Made by a program: the position numbers and the translations under genes. A model generated the notes under the pieces. It was not told the DNA's origin and searched no databases. It worked only from the letters and a program-made list of their open reading frames with translations. Positions 8,828 to 17,852 of a stretch of DNA of 64,000 nucleotides are shown here, piece after piece. The first letter of the stretch is position 1; each line of letters starts with the position of its first letter. The DNA lies in contig OY761614.1 of assembly GCA_963664825.1 (NCBI GenBank), positions 2,048,001 through 2,112,000 on the forward strand, read 5' to 3'. This DNA comes from an uncultured Holophaga sp. (GTDB lineage Bacteria; Acidobacteriota; Holophagae; Holophagales; Holophagaceae).

Positions 8828-10432
8828 TCACTTGGGCAGGAAGCAGGCGTGGTTCTCCTTGAAGGGGCCGTTCAGGTCTCCCAGGATGCGCTTCACGGTC
8901 CCGTCCTTCATGAAGCGCCCGGCCAGCCAGCGGCGGGCCTCCACGCGGGGGTGGGAGCTGCCGCAATGGAAATCCGCGTAGAGCGATAGGTCCGTGTGGT
9001 GGCCGAAGGAACTGAGGGTCGTGATGCCGTAGCGCTCAGGCGTGTCGTGCATGGGGCTGCGGCGGGGCAGATTGAGGATGGAGGCGTTGAGATCGTGCAG
9101 GGAATCGGTCTCCCTCTGGACGAAGGCCAGGGTCGTCTCCCGGTCCTCTTCCAACTCCGTGGGCAGGCCGAAGAGGAGGTAGGCGTGGTTCTTGATGCCC
9201 GCCCCGGCGCTACTCCGCAGGGCCTTCCGCGCCTGTTCCGGGGAAACCCCCTTGTCCATGAGTTCCAGCAGGCGCGGAGAGGCGGTCTCCAGGCCCCACT
9301 GGAGCATGGTGCAGCCGCCTTCGGCCAGGTGGCGCGCGAAGGCCGGGTCTCCGAAACGCGCTTCCAGGCGCACGAAGCCATGCCAGCGCAGGGGCAGGCG
9401 CTTGGCCTGGATCACCCCGGCGATGCGTTCCAGCAGGGCGGGCGAGAGGGCCGAATCCGTGAGGTGCAGCATGGCGCCTTCGGGGAAGCGGGTGGCCACG
9501 GATTCCAGCCATTCCGCCAGGGCATCCCTGGAACCGGGCCTGTAGGCGGGATGCAGGTAGTCCGGGCAGAAGGCGCAGCGCCTCCAGTAGCAGCCGCGCC
9601 CCAGGGCCACGGGCACGGTGGGCATGGGCACTAGGTACGCGTCCCAGGGGGTGGTCTCGAGATGCGGCGCCAGGACGGCCTCATGGGGATCGGTGCTGCC
9701 CCCCAGTTCCAGGGCCAGGGCCTCCATTTCCCCTTCAGAGGTGGTGGCTAGTATCCGGTGGAATAAGGTGAAGGCCGGCCCCTCCAGGCTGGCGCCCACG
9801 GCGCTCCAGCAGGCCACCAGCGGGCCTCCGAGGATCAGCTGGATTCCGGGCAAGCGTTCCCTCAGCAGGAAGGCCAGGCGGAAGGTGGCGAAGGCCTGGT
9901 TCAGGAAGGTGAGGGAGAGGCCCACGTGGCTGACGCCCTCGGCTTCCAGTCGGGGTAGGAGCTCCTCCAGGAAGTAGGCATCGAAGGGGCTGGGACTCTG
10001 GGCGAGGGCCTCCAGATCCCGGGAATCCTGGGGGCGGCGGCCCTCCACTTCCACATCGGCCAGTCGCAGATGAAAGCCCGGATAGGGCACGGAGGCCAGG
10101 CGCAGCGCGTTGACGAGATGGTTCACCGCTGAACTGTAGACCCGGCGCTGGGCGTAGGTCTCGGCCCTTTGGAGGGGCGAGACGGCAAGGGAGGCGGCTC
10201 TCTGGGCTTGTCGGAAGGCCTGGAGGGAACCCTCCGCGTAGCCTCCTTCTTCTGCCCGTTGGAGGGCTCTGCCCAGGTTTAGAGGGGCGCAGGCGTGCCG
10301 GTACCAGCCCAGACTGGCATCGAGATCGAAGGCGTCCACGCCCCGGCTTCGGAAGACGGCGGCGGCCGCCGCCGCGGAGAGGCCGGGCTCCGAGGGCTTG
10401 ATGAGGGGAGGGGTGATGAAGGCGATGCGCAT
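8828..10432 (-). CDS. Radical SAM protein with a degenerate B12-binding-like N-terminal region
   Basis: GRGCYWRRCAFC CxxxCxxC motif, ILGGP, GLETAS.RLL..MDKG and YLLFGLPTE. Confidence 0.85.
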   Translation of the reverse strand: MRIAFITPPLIKPSEPGLSAAAAAAVFRSRGVDAFDLDASLGWYRHACAPLNLGRALQRAEEGGYAEGSLQAFRQAQRAASLAVSPLQRAETYAQRRVYSSAVNHLVNALRLASVPYPGFHLRLADVEVEGRRPQDSRDLEALAQSPSPFDAYFLEELLPRLEAEGVSHVGLSLTFLNQAFATFRLAFLLRERLPGIQLILGGPLVACWSAVGASLEGPAFTLFHRILATTSEGEMEALALELGGSTDPHEAVLAPHLETTPWDAYLVPMPTVPVALGRGCYWRRCAFCPDYLHPAYRPGSRDALAEWLESVATRFPEGAMLHLTDSALSPALLERIAGVIQAKRLPLRWHGFVRLEARFGDPAFARHLAEGGCTMLQWGLETASPRLLELMDKGVSPEQARKALRSSAGAGIKNHAYLLFGLPTELEEDRETTLAFVQRETDSLHDLNASILNLPRRSPMHDTPERYGITTLSSFGHHTDLSLYADFHCGSSHPRVEARRWLAGRFMKDGTVKRILGDLNGPFKENHACFLPK

Positions 10433-10476
10433 GGACCTTCGAGGTTAGCGCGGGAGGGCCGCGTTAACCTGAAGGG

Positions 10477-10995
10477 ATGCTTGGCGCCTCCTTCACATTC
10501 CATCCCATCGGCTTCGTCCGCTCGCCCTACCTGCGGCGGATCGACGCCCCCCATCAGCCCTGCGTTACCGAGGGGCTGGAGACCGGGGATGCCGCCGAGG
10601 CCATCCTCGAACTGGAACCCGGGATACCCGAAGAGGCGCTGCGGGGCCTGGAGGGCTTCCAGCGCATCTGGGTGATCTTCGTCTTCCATCGCAACGAGGG
10701 GTGGAAGCCTCTGGTGGTGCCCCCCCGGGGCCCCCGGGTGAAGCGCGGCGTACTGGCCACCCGCTCCCCCCATCGTCCCAACGCCATCGGCCTTTCCGTG
10801 GTGGAACTAGTGTCTGTGGAGGGCCGCCGCCTGCGCCTGCGGGGCGTCGATCTGCTGGACGGGACGCCAGTGCTGGACCTCAAACCCTATGTGCCCTACG
10901 CCGACGCCTTCCCGGATTCCTCCGCGGGCTGGATCGATGGCGTGGATGCCGCCAGCGGCCGAGGGTCCGCCCCGGGCCCCCGCAAACCCAGGTAG
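10477..10995 (+). CDS. trmO: tRNA (m6t6A37) methyltransferase TrmO/TsaA
   Basis: PIGFVRSP, GVLATRSPHRPNAIGLS and DLLDGTPVLDLKPY motifs. Confidence 0.9.
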   Translation: MLGASFTFHPIGFVRSPYLRRIDAPHQPCVTEGLETGDAAEAILELEPGIPEEALRGLEGFQRIWVIFVFHRNEGWKPLVVPPRGPRVKRGVLATRSPHRPNAIGLSVVELVSVEGRRLRLRGVDLLDGTPVLDLKPYVPYADAFPDSSAGWIDGVDAASGRGSAPGPRKPR

Positions 10996-11001
10996 GGGGC
11001 C

Positions 11002-11207
11002 TAGTGCACCCCGCCTGAATTACAGGTACCAGGTTTTGTTGGTGGCGGGGCGCACTTCCATGGGGGCAAGGCCCCCTCTGGCGCCCGCAAACGCAGTGCG
11101 TCTGCGGGCTGTCACCCCTCTGGGGGCACTGCCATGCCCCCAGACCCCTGCCACGTGGTGCCCAGGGTGCGCTTTGTCTGTCTCATGTATTCGAGTGGGC
11201 ACCACTA
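11002..11207. mobile_element. ~205-bp MITE-like structured element with imperfect terminal inverted repeats
   Basis: Ends are TAGTG...CACTA with partial ~20-bp TIR similarity. It contains several internal GC hairpins and has no convincing ORF. Confidence 0.45.
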
Positions 11208-12077
11208 CAGCCCCCGGGCCCACTCCGGTCGCAGGGGGACCTGACCGGCCAGGGCCGCGTCGATGGAGGCCAGGATGGATTCCCTGTCCCGGGGCAGGCG
11301 CCCCCCGATGGGCAGGTAATTGGAGGCGTGATTGGAGCGGAAGATGGCCCCGCTGGGATGGGCCTCTTCGATGAACCAGCGCAGCTCGGTGAGCAGTTCC
11401 GGGATCCCCGGCAGCTCGAAGCGCCCCTCCTCCTCCAGCCTGGAGATGGGGGTGCCGGGCAGGACCGTGAGGGTCAGGGTCGAGAGGAAGCGGGGATCCA
11501 TGGCTGTGGCCAGGCGCCCGGAGGCCCGGGCATGGGCCTCGCTGCGCTCGCGCCCGCCGGCGCCCAGGAGGAAGATCAGCGATTGTTCCATCCCCGCTTC
11601 CCGGGCTCTGCGGGCGGCCTCGATATGCTCGGCCACGCTGCCCCCCTTGGCCAGTCGCCGAAGGGTCTGTTCATCCCCGGATTCCGGCCCGATGTAGAGG
11701 AGCGAAAGGCCCAGCTCCCGAAGGCGCCGGAGTTCCTCCGGGGACTTCGAAAGCAAATTGCGCGCCGTGGCGTAGGTGCTGACTCGCCTCAGACGGGGAA
11801 AGGAGGAGGCCAGGGCCAGTAGTATCGGCTCCCAGTGGCCGAGGTCCATGCCCAGGGGGTCCCCATCGGCCACGAAGACGTGCCGCACCTCTTCCGAAAT
11901 ACGGGCTCCGGCCTCGGCGATATCCTTCAGGACCTCCTCCAAAGGCCTCACCCGGTAGTGCTTGTCCCGGTACATGGCGCAGTAGATGCAGGCATTCCAG
12001 GAGCACCCCAGGGTGGCCTGAAGGATGAACGAGTCGGCCTCGCTGGGAGGGCGGAAGAGGGGTTCGATGTAGCGCAC
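11205..12077 (-). CDS. Radical SAM protein of unknown substrate
   Basis: FRPPSEA.S.ILQAT.GCSWNACIYC, G.ESG and FRSNHASNY motifs. GTG start. Confidence 0.88.
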   Translation of the reverse strand: MRYIEPLFRPPSEADSFILQATLGCSWNACIYCAMYRDKHYRVRPLEEVLKDIAEAGARISEEVRHVFVADGDPLGMDLGHWEPILLALASSFPRLRRVSTYATARNLLSKSPEELRRLRELGLSLLYIGPESGDEQTLRRLAKGGSVAEHIEAARRAREAGMEQSLIFLLGAGGRERSEAHARASGRLATAMDPRFLSTLTLTVLPGTPISRLEEEGRFELPGIPELLTELRWFIEEAHPSGAIFRSNHASNYLPIGGRLPRDRESILASIDAALAGQVPLRPEWARGL

Positions 12078-12134
12078 AGGGTATTGTCCCCCAGAAAGCC
12101 TGGGGAGCGTTTTTAAGAGGGGTGTCTGGAGCTA

Positions 12135-12788
12135 TCAGAGGGCCCTGCGTCCATAGACTCGGGTCGAAAGCGTTAGGCTGATCCCTCCGAAGGCCGCGAC
12201 GGTAAGTGCGCCGAGTGCGCCTTGAAGCGGGTGGTTCAGCATCCGGTCGGCGAGTTTCAGGATGCCGTCGAAGAGGCCCTCCATCCCCTTCCAGGCGACC
12301 AGTCCCGCGAGAGCAACCACCAGGCTAATGGCGAAGGCCGTGAGGCCCTTGGGGCCGCCTAGGGCGAAGCGGAAGGGCAGCATGAAGCAGATCAGGCAGG
12401 CCAGGGCCAGGAAGGTCAGGGCGGTGATGCCCCAGGCCGAGGGATCCAGGGCCTGGACGTGGCTGGGCGCCAGGCCGTGGCCCGCCCAGACCACCAGCAG
12501 GGGCAGTAGCTGTCCGAACAGGAGCGCCAGGAGACCGCTCACATAGCTTTCCCGCACCAGACGCCCGCGGCCCACGGGCAGGCTCAGGAGGAAGCGCTCC
12601 ACATTGGGATCCATGGCTTCCCAGGTGAGGATTACGAAGGCACTGAGCGAGAGGGCCAGCATGATCCCAATAAGGAGTGCGGGTTCCGTGCCCTTGAAGG
12701 CAGAGGCCAGGAAGCAGCATAGGAGGGGCGTGAGAATCAGGAGCTTGCGCCCATTGATGGTGAGATGGCGGAGCATCAGCGCGCCCAT
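12135..12788 (-). CDS. ABC-2 type transporter permease
   Basis: About six hydrophobic segments with LLSLPV.R and LP..F..G motifs. Overlaps the upstream ATPase gene. Confidence 0.75.
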   Translation of the reverse strand: MGALMLRHLTINGRKLLILTPLLCCFLASAFKGTEPALLIGIMLALSLSAFVILTWEAMDPNVERFLLSLPVGRGRLVRESYVSGLLALLFGQLLPLLVVWAGHGLAPSHVQALDPSAWGITALTFLALACLICFMLPFRFALGGPKGLTAFAISLVVALAGLVAWKGMEGLFDGILKLADRMLNHPLQGALGALTVAAFGGISLTLSTRVYGRRAL

Positions 12789-13648
12789 GGGGCCTCCCGT
12801 TCAATTTCCCGGCCATGGAAATATAGGAGATCCTCCAGGCGGGGCTTCTCCAGGATGGAATTTGGCGGCGCGTTTAGGTGGGCCGTGGGGCAAAGCAGCT
12901 CAACGCCGAATTCAAAACGTCGCCCGCCCGCGGCCCGCGCCCGGAGTGGGTCCTCCAGCAGTTCCTCGCCGCCCTTGATGAGTGTCCAACTCTCTAAAAG
13001 TTCGTCCTTGGGGCCGGAGAGCACCAGGTGCCCCTGCCTCAGGAAGGCCACGTGATCGGCCACCCGGTCCAGATCCGAGGTGATGTGGGTGGAGAAGAGC
13101 ACGGCGCGCCCCTCGTCCTGGATGACCTCCAGCAGCAGATCCAGCAGCTCCCGGCGGGCCAGGGGGTCCAGGCCCGAGGTGGGCTCGTCCAGCAGGAGCA
13201 GTTCCGCATCGTGGCTGAGGGCAAGGGCCAGGGCCGTCTTCATGCGGGTGCCCTGGCTCAGCTTCTGGAAGGGCGTCTTGAGCGGCAGTTCGAACTGTCC
13301 ACAGAGTTCCTGGAAACGCGTGGTATTCCATGTGGGATAGAAGCGCCCCACGGCCCGGCCTAGGGCGGGCACCCGGAGCAGGGGCCAGAGACCGGGGCTC
13401 TCCTGGACGAAGCCGATGCGTGCGCGGAGGCCCGGGCCATTCCTTAGGGCATCCTGGCCGAAGAGGTGGACCTCGCCTCCGTCCGGCTGGAGAAGGCCGA
13501 GCACCAGCTTGATGAGTGTCGATTTTCCCGCGCCGTTCTCCCCCACGAGCCCCGTGATGGTGCCGGGTTGGACACGGAAATCGAGGGGATGCAGTGTGAA
13601 GGCTGGATAAGCCTTCGTGAGCTGGCGACATTCCAGGAGATCATGCAT
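12776..13648 (-). CDS. ABC transporter ATP-binding protein
   Basis: Walker A GENGAGKST, signature LSQG, Walker B LLLLDEPTSGLDP, and STH. Confidence 0.93.
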   Translation of the reverse strand: MHDLLECRQLTKAYPAFTLHPLDFRVQPGTITGLVGENGAGKSTLIKLVLGLLQPDGGEVHLFGQDALRNGPGLRARIGFVQESPGLWPLLRVPALGRAVGRFYPTWNTTRFQELCGQFELPLKTPFQKLSQGTRMKTALALALSHDAELLLLDEPTSGLDPLARRELLDLLLEVIQDEGRAVLFSTHITSDLDRVADHVAFLRQGHLVLSGPKDELLESWTLIKGGEELLEDPLRARAAGGRRFEFGVELLCPTAHLNAPPNSILEKPRLEDLLYFHGREIEREAPWAR

Positions 13649-14324
13649 CGCAGCGCTCCGCGGCCAGGGTGGCGAACCGGTAGGCCAGCCAGATCAGCAG
13701 GGCCGCCAGGAGGACTTCCGCGTAGGGCGCGGCGGCCCCCAGATGGGCCCAGGCCCGCTGAGGAGCCTGGAGGAAATGAATGAACCTCTGGGTGATGGCG
13801 GATTCCTTCGCCAGATCTTGGGCCGGCATGTTCGCCGCGGCCCAGCCTTCCATGAGAAGCATCGTGATGACAAAGGAGAGGCCGCCCTTCTGACCAAAGC
13901 GCAGATGGAAGGGGAGCTGGGCGGCGAAGGCCCAGAGGAAGATCCAGGGCAGCGTGCAGCTCAGGTGGGCCTTGGCCAGTGCCCGGAAACCGAAGTGATG
14001 GAGGCCCGGAAGGGTCACGGCCAGGAAGAACAGCGCGCCGACGAGTAGAGCCTCCGCCCAGCGCAGTCTTACCAGTTCGTGTCGGGCGATGGGCAGGGCC
14101 AGGACATCCCCCAGTGTGCCCGCCTGGAGTTCCCGGGCGTGCAGCAGGAAGGGCAGGAGGCATCCCAGGCCGAAGGCGATGCGACCCAGCAGAGGCACGA
14201 GAAATTTTGCTTCCATCTGGGGATGGCTGAGGAAGCTCACGGGCACCATGATCAGCACGATCACGCTCAACAGCAGCAGGGCATCCCTGTGGAGCCTCCA
14301 GTCCCGCAGGAGCAGTTCACGCAT
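13641..14324 (-). CDS. ABC-2 type transporter permease
   Basis: Hydrophobic segments with ALPIARHELV and LPFHLRFG motifs. Translationally coupled to both neighbours. Confidence 0.75.
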   Translation of the reverse strand: MRELLLRDWRLHRDALLLLSVIVLIMVPVSFLSHPQMEAKFLVPLLGRIAFGLGCLLPFLLHARELQAGTLGDVLALPIARHELVRLRWAEALLVGALFFLAVTLPGLHHFGFRALAKAHLSCTLPWIFLWAFAAQLPFHLRFGQKGGLSFVITMLLMEGWAAANMPAQDLAKESAITQRFIHFLQAPQRAWAHLGAAAPYAEVLLAALLIWLAYRFATLAAERCDA

Positions 14325-15276
14325 GGGCCCGCCTCCCCAGCAGCACCAGGATGTCTTCCAGGCTGGGGCGCTCCACCAGGGCGTTTTCTCCGAAGTGTTC
14401 CCGGGCGCCCTGCACGTTGTCGGTGAGGGCCTCGAAGCCGAGAGGGGTCTCCCGCAGGCCCTGGAAGGCCCGGCGCACCGGTTCGCTCAGGAGCTCCAGG
14501 CCTCCCTTCACTAGGCCCCAGCGCTCCTTCACGCTGTCCTGGGTGTCCGAGAGGACGACCTTCCCGTCCCGCAAAAAGGTGACGTGATCGGCCAGGCCTT
14601 CCAGGTCGGAGGTGATGTGGGTGCTGAAGAGGATGGCCCGGCGCTCGTCCAGGTTCTCGGAAAAACGCTGGAGCAGCTCCCGGCGGAATACTGGATCCAG
14701 GCCCGTAGTGGGCTCGTCCAGGGCCAGCAGCTCCCAGTCCCGGCTCAGGGCCAGGGTGAGGGCGAAGCGCGTGCGCTGGCCCAGGGAGAGTGCCTTGGAT
14801 TTCTTGCGCGGATCCAGGCCGAAATCGGCCATCAGGCCCTTCCAGCGGGCCTCATCGAAATCCGGATAGAAGGGCGCGTAGACCTCCTTGAGGGTGGAAA
14901 GCCTCACACCCGGCGCGTATTTGGGCTCGTCGGGGACATAGACGATGCGGCGGCGCAGTTCGGGGCCCTCCTGGACCAGGTCCCGACCCAGGAAGCTCAT
15001 GGTGCCGCCATCCAGGCGCACGAGACCGAGGATGGCCTTGATGAGAGTGGTCTTGCCCGCCCCATTGGGGCCCAGCAGGCCCATCAGGGTGCCGGGCTGG
15101 AGCGTGAGGCTGGCGCCATCCAGTGTGAAGGCCTTGTAGCGTTTGGTGAGGCCGCGGAGCTGGAGGATGGACGTGATGGCCGGGCTTTGCCCGGTCATCG
15201 CGTGGGGGTCAAAGGGGGGACGTCGCGACCCAAGGGAGCAGGCGGTCCCCCTTTTCGGGACTGGTTCATCAGCCAT
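14317..15276 (-). CDS. ABC transporter ATP-binding protein, N-terminus overlapped by an 82-bp repeat
   Basis: GPNGAGKTT, LSLG and LALDEPTTGLDP motifs. ATG 15276 overlaps the gntR stop, and an alternative ATG lies inside the repeat. Confidence 0.9.
   Translation of the reverse strand: MADEPVPKRGTACSLGSRRPPFDPHAMTGQSPAITSILQLRGLTKRYKAFTLDGASLTLQPGTLMGLLGPNGAGKTTLIKAILGLVRLDGGTMSFLGRDLVQEGPELRRRIVYVPDEPKYAPGVRLSTLKEVYAPFYPDFDEARWKGLMADFGLDPRKKSKALSLGQRTRFALTLALSRDWELLALDEPTTGLDPVFRRELLQRFSENLDERRAILFSTHITSDLEGLADHVTFLRDGKVVLSDTQDSVKERWGLVKGGLELLSEPVRRAFQGLRETPLGFEALTDNVQGAREHFGENALVERPSLEDILVLLGRRAHA
15180..15261. repeat. 82-bp palindromic dispersed repeat, copy 1
   Basis: 75/82 identical to 31576-31657 by manual alignment. 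Hairpins are ccgggc-ttt-gcccgg and aaaggggggac...gtcccccttt. Confidence 0.95.
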
Positions 15277-15649
15277 GGAAGGGCTCCAGGAGCAGTTCAA
15301 ACATCTGTTTCAGATCCTCAGGGGGAATGCCCGCGGCTTGGGCCTCCTGGATGGCCTCCCGGAGGCGGCCTTCCACGGCCGCGATCCGCTTCTCCCGCAG
15401 GAAATCCAGATTGGGCGAGGCCACGAAGGTGCCCTTGCCGCCCACCGTGTCGAGGAGTCCCTCCCGGTCCAGTTCGTCATAGGCCCGCTTGGTGGTGATG
15501 ACGCTGATCTGGAGACTCTGGGCCAGCTTGCGGATGGAGGGCAGGGCCTCGCCCTCCTTCAGATCCCCGGAGAGGATCTGAGCCCGGATCTGACGCAGGA
15601 TCTGTTCGTAGATGGGGTCGGGGGAGGCGTTGGAGAGGAGGATTTTCAC
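15269..15649 (-). CDS. GntR family regulator, YtrA subfamily
   Basis: PIYEQI, LPSIRKLA, T.KRAY.EL..EG and GKGTFV motifs. It is 126 aa and heads an ABC operon. GTG start. Confidence 0.93.
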   Translation of the reverse strand: MKILLSNASPDPIYEQILRQIRAQILSGDLKEGEALPSIRKLAQSLQISVITTKRAYDELDREGLLDTVGGKGTFVASPNLDFLREKRIAAVEGRLREAIQEAQAAGIPPEDLKQMFELLLEPFHG

Positions 15650-15665
15650 GGGATCTCGCAGGTTG

Positions 15666-15690
15666 ACTGTATATGTTCAATATGAACGGT
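15666..15690. promoter_or_regulatory. Candidate YtrA-type operator
   Basis: AT-rich imperfect palindrome ACTGTATATGTTCAATATGAACGGT immediately upstream of the gntR start. Confidence 0.55.
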
Positions 15691-15814
15691 ATGGTCGGTA
15701 TTAAACCTTGTCAAGGATCGAACGGGGAAATCTCAATTAGTCTGGAGTGACCTAAATGCCCGGGGTATCCCGACATCCTCTTCTTGATAGCCACTCTTTT
15801 TCTCCAGGAGTCCC

Positions 15815-16543
15815 ATGAAGATCGCTGCATGTCTCGCACTTTGCCTCGTCATCCCCCTTCAGGCCGGGAGCCTGGAGGACCTCCGGATGGCCCTGGGTCG
15901 AATGCAGGGTCAGGGCCCCTTGCACGGGACCTACAACGTGAACACGTGGTCCCGGGGAGGGAAGGGCAAGGATATTGAAGAGTCTTCAGGGGCGGCCTCG
16001 GCCTGGGTGGAGGAGGGGGCGGCGGGCCTTCAGATCCGATTGGACCGTGGCCTCCTGAAGCGGGCCGAAGATGAAATTGAGGCCCCCAAGGGCGCCAAGA
16101 AACAGGATTCCCCCACCTCGGGGATCGACGCCATCACGGTTCTGAAGATCCACCGCGCCATGAACTTCGCGCCGAAGTTGGCCAGGCTCCTGGCGACCGG
16201 GCAACTGAAGCGGGAATGCGCAGAAAGCTACCAGGGCAAGCCTTCGCGATTACTGGAGATCCAACTCGCGGCTTCAGCCTCGGGGGAGAAGGATCCCAAG
16301 GGGATGACCTATACCGCAAAAGTGTGGCTGGGGGCCGATGGAATGCCCCTTGGAGCCACCCTCACAAAGATGATGAAGACCAACTTGGTGTTCACCTCCG
16401 TGGACATGACCCTCACGGAGGAATTCGTCTTCTCTCAGGTCTACAACCGCTTGGTGGTCCTCCGCAGCGAGGAACGCATGGCTTCCAAGGCCATGGGCGT
16501 CGAAGGCCAGCAGCGGACCCTCGCCACGTTCACGGTCAAGTAA
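15815..16543 (+). CDS. Secreted hypothetical protein (beta-rich)
   Basis: AGGAG RBS, signal peptide MKIAACLALCLVIPLQA, and a downstream hairpin. Confidence 0.75.
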   Translation: MKIAACLALCLVIPLQAGSLEDLRMALGRMQGQGPLHGTYNVNTWSRGGKGKDIEESSGAASAWVEEGAAGLQIRLDRGLLKRAEDEIEAPKGAKKQDSPTSGIDAITVLKIHRAMNFAPKLARLLATGQLKRECAESYQGKPSRLLEIQLAASASGEKDPKGMTYTAKVWLGADGMPLGATLTKMMKTNLVFTSVDMTLTEEFVFSQVYNRLVVLRSEERMASKAMGVEGQQRTLATFTVK

Positions 16544-16545
16544 CT

Positions 16546-16580
16546 TTCAAAGGGCCTCGGGATCCCCGAGGCCCTTTGAA
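16546..16580. terminator. Bidirectional terminator hairpin
   Basis: ttcaaagggcctcgg-gatcc-ccgaggccctttgaa forms a 15-bp stem between convergent stops. Confidence 0.75.
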
Positions 16581-17852
16581 TTACATCTTCTCGCAGACCC
16601 TTTCCATGGCCGCGATCAGGGGCTCGATGCTGCTTTCCTTGAGGGAGCAGAAGGCCAGGCGGATGTAGCGGTCGCCCTGGTTGACGACCCCCACGCTCTC
16701 TTCGGTGATGAGCTTCTGGCGCAGCTCCTCGGCATGGAGGCCATCCCGCAGCCTCAGCAGGCAGAAGCATCCGGCGTTGAAGGGGAGGACCGTCCAATGC
16801 CGGGTGGGGCGGGAGAGGGCCTTCTTGAGCACCTCGAAGCGGCTCTGGAGCACCAGGCGCATCTTCTCGAATTCCGCCTCGTGCCGGGGATCGGCCAGCT
16901 CGAGTTCCATGAGGTATTGGCTGATGCCCACGGGGCTGCCGATGCCGCTGCGGATGAGGCCCATGCACTTGTCCACCAGGATGGCGGCGGAGGCCTGATC
17001 CACGCCGAAGTGCAGGAAGCCCACGCGGCCGCCGAAGAAGGAGAGTTCCTTGGTCACGCCATCGCACTTGAGGGCGATGAGATTCCGGCTCTTCCCGATC
17101 AGTTCGAAGAAGAGGCTCTTGGAGGTGGCGGCGGGATCGAAGACGAGGCCGTGGTAGGCGTCGTCGCAGAAGGCGACCACCGTGCGACTTGCGGAGGCCT
17201 CCACAATCACTTCGGCAATGGCCTTCAATTCGGAAGGCGTGGGGCTATAGCCGTTGGGGTTGCTGGGGAAGTTCAGGAGCAGATGCACCTTGCCCTTCAC
17301 CGAGGCCAGGGTCTCTCGCAGGCCTTCGACATTGAAGCCGCCCTGGGCGTTGTAGAAGGGGAAGGTCTGGAAGCGGCCCTGAAGGCGGATCTGGAAGATC
17401 TGTTCGTAGTTGTCCCAGTAGAGATCGGGGATCACCAGGGTGTCGCCCTCGGCAAAGAAGAGTTCGGCGCCCATGGTCAGGGCGTGGCAGATGCCGGCGC
17501 TGACGGCGCCCAGGCCCACCTGTTCCATGCGGGCATCCTCCTTCACCAGCTTGGCGTGCCAGGCCTTGCGGGCGGTCTCGCGGCCTCCGACGGGGCTGTA
17601 GAGGAAGGCGTCCTTGGGACTCAGCTGGGAGAGCTTCTCGGCCATGGGGGCCAGGGGCAGGGGATGACCCGCGCCGTCCGTGATCTGGCCGATGGTGGCA
17701 TTGATCTGACAGGTCTTGCTCTGGGCGGCCTGGAAGGGGATGCCCTTGGGGAAGAAGGAACGGCGGCCCAGGGGGGAGAGGGCTTCTGAAATGGTGGGAT
17801 TGATGGCCTGGAGGCGGTCGTTGCGGTCCTGGGCCTCAGGGTGGATGGACAT
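16581..17852 (-). CDS. PLP-dependent aminotransferase class I/II
   Basis: INATIG, LNFPSNPNGYSP, DDAYHGL and DGVTKE....GGRVGF (PLP Lys) motifs. Confidence 0.9.
   Translation of the reverse strand: MSIHPEAQDRNDRLQAINPTISEALSPLGRRSFFPKGIPFQAAQSKTCQINATIGQITDGAGHPLPLAPMAEKLSQLSPKDAFLYSPVGGRETARKAWHAKLVKEDARMEQVGLGAVSAGICHALTMGAELFFAEGDTLVIPDLYWDNYEQIFQIRLQGRFQTFPFYNAQGGFNVEGLRETLASVKGKVHLLLNFPSNPNGYSPTPSELKAIAEVIVEASASRTVVAFCDDAYHGLVFDPAATSKSLFFELIGKSRNLIALKCDGVTKELSFFGGRVGFLHFGVDQASAAILVDKCMGLIRSGIGSPVGISQYLMELELADPRHEAEFEKMRLVLQSRFEVLKKALSRPTRHWTVLPFNAGCFCLLRLRDGLHAEELRQKLITEESVGVVNQGDRYIRLAFCSLKESSIEPLIAAMERVCEKM

Noticed and set aside
11020..11223. 67-aa ORF, or a tRNA/6S/SRP RNA, in the trmO-radical SAM gap
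   Set aside because: The ORF has no RBS or motif support. I could not recognise a cloverleaf or known ncRNA signatures, so it was treated as a repeat element.
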